Positions 52,770 through 61,463 of a stretch of DNA of 64,000 nt are shown piece after piece (within the stretch, counting starts at the first letter, position 1; each line of letters begins with the position of its first letter). The position numbers were made by a program, and so were the translations under genes. This DNA comes from Candidatus Parcubacteria bacterium. GTDB taxonomy: Bacteria; Patescibacteriota; Minisyncoccia; Phycocordibacterales; UBA12088. Location of the stretch: NCBI GenBank assembly GCA_003694545.1, contig RFKD01000051.1, forward strand, positions 4,505 to 68,504. Reading direction: 5' to 3'. The notes under the pieces are model-generated. The model had not been told where the DNA came from. It did no database searches and saw only the letters and a list, made by a program, of their open reading frames with translations.

Positions 52770-53657
52770 GTGGCACCATTCGGCGGTATGGCTCACCCTG
52801 TTGTTTTTTTCCAAGGTCAGCGCGGCGCGTATTCCGAAGAGGCCGCGAGCGTTATCTTTCCGGGCGCGACGATGGTTGCTCAGCCGACATTCCGCAAGGT
52901 GTTTGAAGCGCTTGCGGCTCAACCAGAAGCATTTGCGTGCTTACCAATCGAGAATACCACGGCAGGGCGGGTAAGCGATGTTCAGCTTTTGTTGCCCCGT
53001 TTTGGCTTTCAAATCATCAAGGAGCATTTTTTGCCCGTGCGGCACCAGTTACTGGGTGTTGTCGGCGGGTCTCTTTCCCGCGTGCGCGAAGTGTTGAGCC
53101 ACCCACAGGCGCTCGCGCAGTGCGAACGCTTTTTAAAAGAGCACAACCTGACTCCTATCCCTTTTGAAGATACGGCTGGCGCGGCGGCGGAGGTCGCTCG
53201 CCGAAACGATCCAACGCTAGCCGCGATTGCTTCGCGCGCGGCACAGCAACACTATCGTCTCAAAGCTTTTGCCGAAGATATCCAAGATGAGACGCACAAC
53301 ACCACGCGGTTTATCGTTCTTGCTGGCTCTCCTCAGCCTATTGAGCCGCCTGATCCGTCGCGCGCCTTTATTACCGCAATTTGGTTCACGCTCAAAAGCG
53401 TCCCAGCCGCGTTATACAAAGCGATAGGCGGGTTTGCGACCGCCGCCTTAAACCTCACAAAGATTGAGTCGCACCTTACGGGTCACCGCTTCACGCGCGC
53501 CCAGTTTTACATTGAAGTTGAAGGTCATCCGGAGACAGACGCGATGCGGCACGCGATGCGGGAGCTTACGTTTTTTGCTGATGATGTGCGGGTGTTGGGC
53601 GTATTCCCAGCCGACCCCTATCGTTACAACGGCCATCCTCAAGAAATCGTGCTTTAA
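52770..53657 (+). CDS. pheA: prephenate dehydratase (PDT + ACT domains)
   Basis: VVFFQGQRGAYSEEAA (N-terminus of the PDT domain), the TRF motif TRFIVLAG, and ACT domain AFITAIWFTLKSVPAALYKAIGGFATAALNLTKIESH. An alternative start is at 52788. Confidence 0.85.
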   Translation: MAPFGGMAHPVVFFQGQRGAYSEEAASVIFPGATMVAQPTFRKVFEALAAQPEAFACLPIENTTAGRVSDVQLLLPRFGFQIIKEHFLPVRHQLLGVVGGSLSRVREVLSHPQALAQCERFLKEHNLTPIPFEDTAGAAAEVARRNDPTLAAIASRAAQQHYRLKAFAEDIQDETHNTTRFIVLAGSPQPIEPPDPSRAFITAIWFTLKSVPAALYKAIGGFATAALNLTKIESHLTGHRFTRAQFYIEVEGHPETDAMRHAMRELTFFADDVRVLGVFPADPYRYNGHPQEIVL

Positions 53658-53720
53658 AGAGACTTTTCGAGCCTTTGCGCGGTTTGGCTCATTGAGATCC
53701 ACGCTTTGCGCGATGTGCAC

Positions 53721-55253
53721 TTAGCGCGCGTACTCCACGATGCGGTTTTCTCGGATCACATGGACTTTAATTTCGCCAGGGTAGCGCAGTTCATCTTCAA
53801 TACGCTTGGCGATGTTGCGCGCTAGTGTCCGCGCGCCGACATCTGAAACAGCTTCCGGCTGGACAAATACACGGACTTCCCGCCCCGCAGAAAGAGCGTA
53901 CGCCTTTTGCACCCCCTCAAACGAGGTGGCAATCGCCTCAAGATCCTCCAAGCGCTTAATGTACTGCTCGACGCTATCACGCCGCGCGCCGGGCCTCCCT
54001 CCGGAAATGGCGTCAGCCACCTGCACGATGACCGACTCGACGGTTTCGTAGGGGTATTCTTCGTGGTGCGCTTGCATTGCTTTGATAATGCGCTCGTCTT
54101 CGCCAAATTTCATCAAGATTTTCCTGCCAATTTCCACATGGGACCCTTGCACCTCGTGGTCTAGCGCTTTTCCGATGTCGTGCACCAACCCTGCAGCTTT
54201 CGCGATTTGCACATCCGCCCCCAATTCTTCAGCCAGCATTCCTGCTAAAAGCGCGACTTCCACCGAATGTTGGAGCACATTTTGTCCGTAGCTCGTTCGG
54301 AAATACAGTCGCCCGAGTATCATCAGGGTTTTCGGGTTTAGATTAAACACACCCGCCTCGTACGCGGCCTCCTCCCCTTTTTGTTTAATGATCTTATTGA
54401 TTTCTTCTTTCGCTTTTTCAACCACCTCCTCGATTCGCGCGGGTTGGATGCGCCCGTCGAGAATCAAATTTTCCAAAGCGACGCGGGCAATTTGGCGGCG
54501 TATTGGGTCAAACGATGAGATCATTATTGTTCCAGGCGCGTCATCAATCACCACTTCCACGCCGGTGGCACGCTCGAACGCCTTAATATTTCTCCCTTCC
54601 TTTCCAATAATTTTCCCCTTGATGTCATCGGAAGGTATGGGGACAACCGTTGACATAACATCTGGCGCAACAGAGTTGCCGAGGCGGTGAATAACGGAAG
54701 TAAGGATCTCCTGCGCTTTGCGCTCAAAGCGCTCCTCCCCCTCTTGCGCCAATTTATAGAGACGCTTCGCGATATCTTCCTCGTATTCTCGTTCTATTTG
54801 TGCGTAGAGTTCCTTGAGAGCCTCATCGCGCGTCATTCCAGCGACTCGCTCGAGCGCTATCTCCATTTCCTCTTGCGCTTTGCGCAACGACGCTCGGTCA
54901 GCCTCGAGCGCCTCTCGCTCTTGGGTGAGCGTTTTTTTTGCAGCTTCATGTTCGGCAAGGCGCTTGTCGAGCGCTTCTTCGCGCGCCAACAAGCGCTCTT
55001 CCAACTTTTGGACACTACGTTCTCGCTCAGCGATAGTCTCGAGCCGCTCATCAATAATGCGTTGCGCCTCCGTTTCCGCGCGCTCAACAATCTTGGAAGC
55101 CTCTTCCTTTGCTTCCAAGAGGCGCTGTTTAATTTCAAGCTCCATTGACCCGCGCTTGGAAAGCGCGATAGCCCAGCGGAGCACATAGCCAACCACCCCT
55201 CCTACGAGGAGCGCTCCGAACATAGCAAGGAGGATGGTAAAAGACATACGCAA
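53721..55253 (-). CDS. rny: ribonuclease Y
   Basis: N-terminal TM helix, long coiled-coil, KH domain (GKIIGKEGRNIKAFERATGVEVVIDD), and HD domain (GLVHDIGKALDHEVQGSHVEIG). Confidence 0.92.
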   Translation of the reverse strand: MRMSFTILLAMFGALLVGGVVGYVLRWAIALSKRGSMELEIKQRLLEAKEEASKIVERAETEAQRIIDERLETIAERERSVQKLEERLLAREEALDKRLAEHEAAKKTLTQEREALEADRASLRKAQEEMEIALERVAGMTRDEALKELYAQIEREYEEDIAKRLYKLAQEGEERFERKAQEILTSVIHRLGNSVAPDVMSTVVPIPSDDIKGKIIGKEGRNIKAFERATGVEVVIDDAPGTIMISSFDPIRRQIARVALENLILDGRIQPARIEEVVEKAKEEINKIIKQKGEEAAYEAGVFNLNPKTLMILGRLYFRTSYGQNVLQHSVEVALLAGMLAEELGADVQIAKAAGLVHDIGKALDHEVQGSHVEIGRKILMKFGEDERIIKAMQAHHEEYPYETVESVIVQVADAISGGRPGARRDSVEQYIKRLEDLEAIATSFEGVQKAYALSAGREVRVFVQPEAVSDVGARTLARNIAKRIEDELRYPGEIKVHVIRENRIVEYAR

Positions 55254-55506
55254 CCGCTTACAATATGGGCAGCGGCGCGCAGAAAGAAAGCGTTATGTTT
55301 TTTGCGTCACTGTCGTGCGTGTGCGAGGTTCGTGCTCCAATCGCACTCCTCACGCATCCGAGGATGCACTCTGTTCGCGCAAGGCAGGGAAAAATAGGCT
55401 TTCTGCGCCCAAAGCTGCTGCCGCATACTTGATGGATAACAATACACCAACACAAAGGCCCTACTGGGGAGCCTCCACACGAGGGTACCACACTTCTTGC
55501 GGCGCT

Positions 55507-56118
55507 TCAACAGCGGGTTTTTGGCTGTTTTCCCTTGGAAGGAGCCAGGACTGTGTCAACGATGCCGTAGGCAACCGCCTCCTCGGCCGTCATAAAGAAA
55601 TCGCGATCTACATCCTTTTCAATGCGGGAAAGTTTTTGGCCAGTGTTTTCCGCGAGGATCTTGTTGAGCCGTTCGCGGGTGCGCAAGATATGCCGCGCGG
55701 TGATTTCTATATCCGAGGCTTGCCCTTCCACGCCGCCCCACGGCTGGTGGATCATCACCTCCGCATTGGGGAGAATGTAGCGCTTACCGCGCGCTCCCGC
55801 CGACAACACGACAGACGCCATCGAAGCGCAGATACCAAGACAAACGGTGGCGACAGGGGGTTTGATGTGCCGCATTGTGTCGAGTATCGCAAGGCCAGAG
55901 GAAACCACGCCGCCTCCCGAATTGATGTAAAGCCAAATGTCCTTTTTGGGATCCTCAGCCTCGAGGAACAGCAACTGCGCCACGACGGTGTTTGCCACCG
56001 CGTCGTTAATTGAGCCACCTAAAAACACAATGCGCTCCTTGAGAAGGCGCGAGTAGATGTCGTAGGCGCGTTCGCCGTAGGTTGTTTTTTCAATGACGGT
56101 AGGAATGAGGTAGGTCAT
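55507..56118 (-). CDS. clpP: ATP-dependent Clp protease proteolytic subunit
   Basis: [64 protein letters not shown]...CASMASVV (catalytic Ser), and IHQPWGG (His). Confidence 0.95.
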   Translation of the reverse strand: MTYLIPTVIEKTTYGERAYDIYSRLLKERIVFLGGSINDAVANTVVAQLLFLEAEDPKKDIWLYINSGGGVVSSGLAILDTMRHIKPPVATVCLGICASMASVVLSAGARGKRYILPNAEVMIHQPWGGVEGQASDIEITARHILRTRERLNKILAENTGQKLSRIEKDVDRDFFMTAEEAVAYGIVDTVLAPSKGKQPKTRC

Positions 56119-56177
56119 ACGGCAGATACTCTACCTACATTATGCTGCTTGCGCAACACAACGCAGGCTCGGCGGGG

Positions 56178-57332
56178 TTACTTTTCGCTATTTCCCTTAT
56201 TTTCAGCCAAAGACGCCATTGGGGTATCACGCTCGGCTTTATTATGCAGTTCTTCGCCCAACAACCTTCGAAACGCCGCCTCATTGCGCATACGCTGGCG
56301 CAGAAATGCTTCAACGGATTCTCGCTCAAGCGAAGGGTTATGGGAAAGAATATGGTCTGTCTCGCGCTTCACCGCTTCGGCGTCTTCCGTTATGTGCTCG
56401 GCTTCAGCAATAGCTTCCAGGATGAGCTGAGCCTTAACGCGGCGCGCGGCTTCTTCTTGCCAAGCCTGCAGGAGAGCTTCTCTCTTTTCTCCCAAGTCAT
56501 CAAGGAATGCTTCCATTGTTTTGCCGAGAGCTGCGAGTTGGGCAGCGACTTCTTCCATTATCCGCATCAGTTCTAGCTCAACAAACACAAGCGGGACTTC
56601 AAAATCGGTTTCCTTCAGCAAAGCATCAAGGAGCGATTTGCGCGCTGTTTCCGTGCGCTCCCGCGTCAGGAACACGCCGATATCTTTTTGGAGGGCATCT
56701 TTCAGTTCGGCAACACTTTGAAAAGGTCCAAGATTTTTAGCGATTTCGTCGGTAAGAGGCGGAAGGCTGTCTTCGGATATGTCGTCGAGCGTGGAAGTAT
56801 CTTGTGGATTGAGTGCTTTTCGCGCTTTGAGCGCGTGCTCCTTGCGCAGGAGCGTCAAGGCGCGTTCGAGTGCTTCTTTTTGTTCTTTTTCGCTGTGAGG
56901 TTGTGCTCCGCCAAGCACGCGTGCGGCAATTGCGCGATAGTCGGGAAGGGGGATGTCGGGATAGACGGGAACAGCAAGCGTGAAAACGATACCTTCTTCA
57001 TCTGCCTCTTCTTTTACAAAAACACGAGGGGCAGCAACCGCTTTTGGCGCGTGTTCGTCAAGCAGGTGCGGCAGGTGAGGCTCCAGCGCAATGCGCACGA
57101 CTTCCCGCACAATGTCGTTTTCCTTGAGATGTTTCTCGGCAACATGAGGCGGCACTTTGCCCGGGCGGAAGCCGTCAAGCACCAGCGTCTGCGCGAGGGT
57201 TTGTATAGCCTTAGGGCGGACGGCGGCAATGGTTTCGTTAGGGACAACACCTTCAAGGTGCACTTCACTGTGGGGCGCTTGCTCCACGGAGCGCACGACA
57301 ATAGGGTGGCGAGTTGCGTCTTGCTGTGTCAT
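56178..57332 (-). CDS. tig: trigger factor (short form, lacking the C-terminal extension)
   Basis: Ribosome-binding N-domain with the GFRPGKVP signature motif and an FKBP-like middle domain. It is adjacent to clpP, as in the conserved tig-clpP arrangement. Confidence 0.85.
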   Translation of the reverse strand: MTQQDATRHPIVVRSVEQAPHSEVHLEGVVPNETIAAVRPKAIQTLAQTLVLDGFRPGKVPPHVAEKHLKENDIVREVVRIALEPHLPHLLDEHAPKAVAAPRVFVKEEADEEGIVFTLAVPVYPDIPLPDYRAIAARVLGGAQPHSEKEQKEALERALTLLRKEHALKARKALNPQDTSTLDDISEDSLPPLTDEIAKNLGPFQSVAELKDALQKDIGVFLTRERTETARKSLLDALLKETDFEVPLVFVELELMRIMEEVAAQLAALGKTMEAFLDDLGEKREALLQAWQEEAARRVKAQLILEAIAEAEHITEDAEAVKRETDHILSHNPSLERESVEAFLRQRMRNEAAFRRLLGEELHNKAERDTPMASLAENKGNSEK

Positions 57333-57361
57333 ACCGTGCTACCCTACCACACCGCGCACCT

Positions 57362-57402
57362 CACCACAAACCGCGCGCCCTTGGGGCGCGCGGTTTGTGG
57401 TG
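57362..57402. terminator. very stable GC-rich hairpin (19-bp perfect stem CACCACAAACCGCGCGCCC / GGGCGCGCGGTTTGTGGTG, loop TTG)
   Basis: Read directly from the sequence. It sits between the 3' end of ORF 57426-57788 and the tig start codon, on the minus-strand transcription path. There is no U-tract. Confidence 0.45.
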
Positions 57403-57425
57403 CTGGGCACTACGGCGTCTGCAGC

Positions 57426-57788
57426 TTAAAATTGGAGTTCCCCCTCAATATTTCGGAGTTCCGCGTCAAGGTTTTCCGTGTCAAACTGTAATTCAGCTTC
57501 AATAGTGTCGAGGTCATCGTTCTCGCTCACTTGTTGAAGTTCTTCCGGGCTAGGGCCCTCTAGCGTTTCTGCGGCTGGGACACCAGCGTTCTGTTGGGCC
57601 TTATCGTTGGATTTGCTGCCCCAGTAGTACAAACCGCCGATTGCCAAGACGGCCACGACCACGATTGCCGCGACAACAGGCCCAATCGGCGCCTGATCTT
57701 GCGTTGCGTTCATAGAAGACTGTGTACCTTGCTCGGACATGCCTGAAGGGGCCCCGGGTTGTTGTGTCTTCATAGGTTTTTGTTCCAT
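57426..57788 (-). CDS. hypothetical small membrane protein
   Basis: One TM helix (IGPVVAAIVVVAVLAIGGLYYWG) flanked by acidic/polar low-complexity segments. Confidence 0.45.
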   Translation of the reverse strand: MEQKPMKTQQPGAPSGMSEQGTQSSMNATQDQAPIGPVVAAIVVVAVLAIGGLYYWGSKSNDKAQQNAGVPAAETLEGPSPEELQQVSENDDLDTIEAELQFDTENLDAELRNIEGELQF

Positions 57789-57878
57789 AAGCGTTGTAAG
57801 TTAGTGGGTGTTGGTGGTTAATAACGCATTACAATTACATAAGCCCTCGGTCAGTCAGGATTCCCTTATTCTTCCCCG

Positions 57879-58940
57879 TCAGTTGGAGATGGAAGGGTGG
57901 TCCTCAGTAGAGACTTTAGCTTCAGTTTCTCCGGCTGTTGTGCTGGTTTCGCCCGAGCCGCTTTGCGTTTGGGCGCGCACGGACCCTAACGCGGCGCGAA
58001 CCTCACGCGTTGCGGCAACCAGTGCGGCGTGCGCGCGCTTGATGGCCTCGATGGGTTCGCGCGCCTGTTCTCGGCGCGCCTGCGCCTGCTCGCGCAGCTG
58101 CGCAGCGAGATTGTTCATTGTTTCGGCTGTATTTGTAGTCTGATCGTCTGCAGACACATTAACATCAGCCTCGACTTCAACATTCAGCGCAGCCACCACT
58201 CCTTTTGCTTGCGCGATTGCGTTGCGTGCTTCTTGTAGTTTTGCGCGAGCGGCCGTCCCGTCGAAGCCGCGTTCACGAAACCCTTCTTCCAATTCGGCTA
58301 TGCGGCGCTCTAATTTATCAGCTAGTTTTTCCAGGCGCACCACTGCCGCCTCCAGCCGTTCTTTCACACGACGGAACATGTCGGCAAGGTTATTGCGTGC
58401 ACGCTCAAGAATTTGCTCCTTTCGCGCCTCTAATCGCTCTTGCGCCTTTTCTTTACGCTCTTCAAATCGCTCTTTCGCTTTTTCCCTGCGTTCTTCAAAC
58501 CGCTCATGAGCTTTATCTTTGGGGTTTTCCATCTCTTGCTTTTCGGCAAGAGGAACCACATTGTCTCTTCCTCTGGGTGGGTAGCTCGGCGGCAGGGTGG
58601 GGGAGTGATCACCTGCCGACGCCGGACGCGCCTCACCGTCTCCCGGTTTCCCTACCGGCTTACCATCACGCGACGGCGGTAGCGGGACTGGGAGGTGCGG
58701 TTTCTCGCGGGAGGGCTTTACCTCCCCTTCGACTTCTGCTTTCACAGACACAGGATCGTCTTGAGCTTTTTCGGATACCACCGCTTCGCCTCTGGCAGAG
58801 CCTCTGGCAGATGTTTCTTGCGCGTACGCGCTTTGAGCGAAGACGGTGAGCGACGCAATGCACACTGCCGCCGCGAAGCCGGCAAAGCCCAACAAGTGTG
58901 TGCGGGAACGCTGGGCAAGGGTAAGGTAGGAGTATGACAT
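57879..58940 (-). CDS. hypothetical secreted coiled-coil protein with ERFEERxEKA repeats
   Basis: Signal peptide (LLGFAGFAAAVCIASLTVFAQSAYA), a Pro-rich segment, then repeated KAKERFEERKEKAQERLEARKEQ heptad-like units. Confidence 0.5.
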   Translation of the reverse strand: MSYSYLTLAQRSRTHLLGFAGFAAAVCIASLTVFAQSAYAQETSARGSARGEAVVSEKAQDDPVSVKAEVEGEVKPSREKPHLPVPLPPSRDGKPVGKPGDGEARPASAGDHSPTLPPSYPPRGRDNVVPLAEKQEMENPKDKAHERFEERREKAKERFEERKEKAQERLEARKEQILERARNNLADMFRRVKERLEAAVVRLEKLADKLERRIAELEEGFRERGFDGTAARAKLQEARNAIAQAKGVVAALNVEVEADVNVSADDQTTNTAETMNNLAAQLREQAQARREQAREPIEAIKRAHAALVAATREVRAALGSVRAQTQSGSGETSTTAGETEAKVSTEDHPSISN

Positions 58941-59192
58941 ACGGAGTGTTACGTTAAATTATTGCTAAGGGGTCTGGTAACATAAGTCGCATTACTCGTA
59001 TTGCAACACGTAACGCTTGCTCAACTACTTGGTTTGCTGTAGGTAGTATACTCACCCGTAAGAGAGCGGACAATACACAGGTTGTGTATAACGGTTGCCC
59101 ACAAAATGGGCGCCGCTTTTGTGCCTTTCCAAGTGTGAGCTCCCTGTGCGGCAGATGGAGCGTTTTTGTCGTTGACCTTGTGCATCGCTGCG

Positions 59193-59717
59193 TCACGAAG
59201 CAAATTTTTGGCGATATAAATCTTTTGCGCGCTCAACGGCTTTTCGGGCGGCTTGCGCCCCCTCAAACCCTTTCACCACCACTTCTTTATTTTGAAGCGC
59301 TTTGTAGGTGGAAAAGAAGTGTTCCATTTCTTTGAGCGTGTGAGAATTAATGTCGTTGAGGTCTTTTACCCCCGCGAATCGCGGGTCTTCGGCGGGAACC
59401 GCGATGAGCTTGTGGTCGTCTTCCCCGTCGTCCGTCATTGCCATAATGCCAACCGGGCGCGCTTCAACGAGTATGCCAGGCAAGAGAGGATATGTGGTGA
59501 GCACAACAACATCCAACGGATCAGCGTCGTCCCAGTAGGTTTGCGGTATAAACCCGTAGTCAAACGGGTAATCCTGCGCGGTGTGCATAGGCCGATCCAG
59601 CTTGATAAGACCGGTTTCTTTGTCAATCTCGTATTTATTCTTGGAAAAACGCGGAATTTCAATAATAACATTCACAATTTCCGCGTCTCCTGCAGGAACA
59701 TCATGCCAAAGGTTCAT
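59193..59717 (-). CDS. ppa: inorganic pyrophosphatase (family I)
   Basis: EIVNVIIEIPRFSKNKYEIDKETGLIKLDRPMHTAQDYPFDYGFIPQTYWDDADPLDVVVL, the family I PPase core. Start at MNLWHDVPAG. Confidence 0.9.
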   Translation of the reverse strand: MNLWHDVPAGDAEIVNVIIEIPRFSKNKYEIDKETGLIKLDRPMHTAQDYPFDYGFIPQTYWDDADPLDVVVLTTYPLLPGILVEARPVGIMAMTDDGEDDHKLIAVPAEDPRFAGVKDLNDINSHTLKEMEHFFSTYKALQNKEVVVKGFEGAQAARKAVERAKDLYRQKFAS

Positions 59718-59837
59718 AGAGGAATGGTGCATAAAGCCAGTAAGACGTATAACGGTGCTTTGGCGCACAACGCCGCTTCAACAATACGCCACAGCGCGCT
59801 CGGGCGCAACATGTTTTCGGCGTAGTTTCTCTTGCTA

Positions 59838-61160
59838 TTACGTGCTTTGGGCGGCACTTTTGGATTCCTCGGCCTCTCCCTTCTCATTCAGCGTCTTGCT
59901 TGCCAATTGAGAAGGTGCTTGCGATGTTTGGGGCGAGGCGGTTTCTTTGGGCTGTTCGTTTGATTTGGGAGTTGCCTCCTCTCCTTGTTGCGCCGTCTCA
60001 TTGGCAGGCGCAAGCGAGTTGACCAGATCGGAAAGCTCGGGTGACAGCACTTCTTTCATGTTTGCTCCTTCCGCTGGTTTTATGTCTATTTTCCAGCCGG
60101 TCAGCTTGGCGGCAAGGCGGACATTTTGCCCGCCACGGCCGATCGCAAGCGAAAGTTGGTCTTCGCTCACGGTTACATGGGCTATGCGGTTTTCCTCATC
60201 AAGGGCGATGTCCATCACACGCGCCGGCTGGAGCGCCTCTTCAATAAAGTAAGCGGGGTCGTCGCTCCACTCCACAACATCGATTTTCTCTCCGCCCAGC
60301 TCGCTGATGACCACGGAAACCCGCACGCCCCGACTGCCCACGAGGGAACCGACCGGGTCGATGTGTTCGTCAAACGAAACTGCGGCAACCTTGGAGCGGC
60401 TCCCTGGTTCGCGGGCAATTGCGCGGATAGCCACTGTTCCGTTGCGCAACTCAGGAACCTCCTGTTCGAACAATTTTGCCAAGAAGCGCGGGTGTGCCCG
60501 GGAAAGCCGCAGGTAAATGCCCCGCGGGCTTTCGTCCACTTTCATTAAAAGAGCGCGAATGCGCTCGCTCGGGCGGAAGCGTTCCCCGGGAATTTGTTCT
60601 TCACGCGGCAAGACGCCAGTTGCCTTGCCGAGCTCAACAAACACCACACCGCGCTCAACGCGCTGAACAGTGCCAGTGACTATTTCGCCTTCTTTGCTTG
60701 CGAATTCAGCAAACACCGATTCGCGCTCTGCCTCGCGAATTTTTTGGATGATGACTTGCTTTGCGGTTTGGGCAGCAATGCGGCCAAACGACTCTTTGGT
60801 TTCCAAAGGGAACAGGATTTCATCTCCCGGCTGCGCCTCGCGTTTAATGTGCCGCGCGTCTTCCACGAGAATGTGTTGCTCGGGGATAAAGCGGATTTTT
60901 TCTTCCTGAAGCGACTCTTCCTCTTCCGGCATACGGACTTCGTCGGGCGACACGACCTTTTTGACTTGCACGAATTCCACATCGCCTGTCTCGGCGTTGA
61001 AAAACGCGCGCACAACCTGCCCGCGGCTGCCATACTCTTTCTTGTACGCAGTTGCCAGCGCCGCTTCAATAGCAGCCAAGGTGCGGTCGCGCGGGATACC
61101 GCGCTCGGCTTCTAACTGCTCAACAACGGCGTTGAGCACTTTCATGTCGAATAAAGGCAT
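59838..61160 (-). CDS. nusA: transcription termination/antitermination factor NusA
   Basis: N-terminal RNAP-binding domain (MKVLNAVVEQLEAERGIPRD), an S1 domain, two KH domains (..GRGGQNVRLAAKLTGWKIDI), and an acidic C-terminal tail. Confidence 0.9.
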   Translation of the reverse strand: MPLFDMKVLNAVVEQLEAERGIPRDRTLAAIEAALATAYKKEYGSRGQVVRAFFNAETGDVEFVQVKKVVSPDEVRMPEEEESLQEEKIRFIPEQHILVEDARHIKREAQPGDEILFPLETKESFGRIAAQTAKQVIIQKIREAERESVFAEFASKEGEIVTGTVQRVERGVVFVELGKATGVLPREEQIPGERFRPSERIRALLMKVDESPRGIYLRLSRAHPRFLAKLFEQEVPELRNGTVAIRAIAREPGSRSKVAAVSFDEHIDPVGSLVGSRGVRVSVVISELGGEKIDVVEWSDDPAYFIEEALQPARVMDIALDEENRIAHVTVSEDQLSLAIGRGGQNVRLAAKLTGWKIDIKPAEGANMKEVLSPELSDLVNSLAPANETAQQGEEATPKSNEQPKETASPQTSQAPSQLASKTLNEKGEAEESKSAAQST

Positions 61161-61463
61161 ACGTAATGATTTAATTTATTATGTTGATGGTTAATGTGTT
61201 GTCTCGGTGTGTTCCGTAGTGACCGTTGTCGAGAATAAAGTGTGTTGGTTATGTGTGGCGCTAGAGAAGTTTCCTGTTAATTATTGGGTTACCGTGGGGC
61301 ATCTTGTCTGCGGCAGTATGGGTCGAGTTTTGCGGTGTGCTTAGCGCGGAGGAAAACTTTCCTCGTTTGCCAACTTTCGCGTTGTGCCCGTCGCGACACC
61401 CGTGCGCGGCATTATACCGCACTTGCTGTTGATACACAAGGCGCTTAAGGAAGCGCTATAATA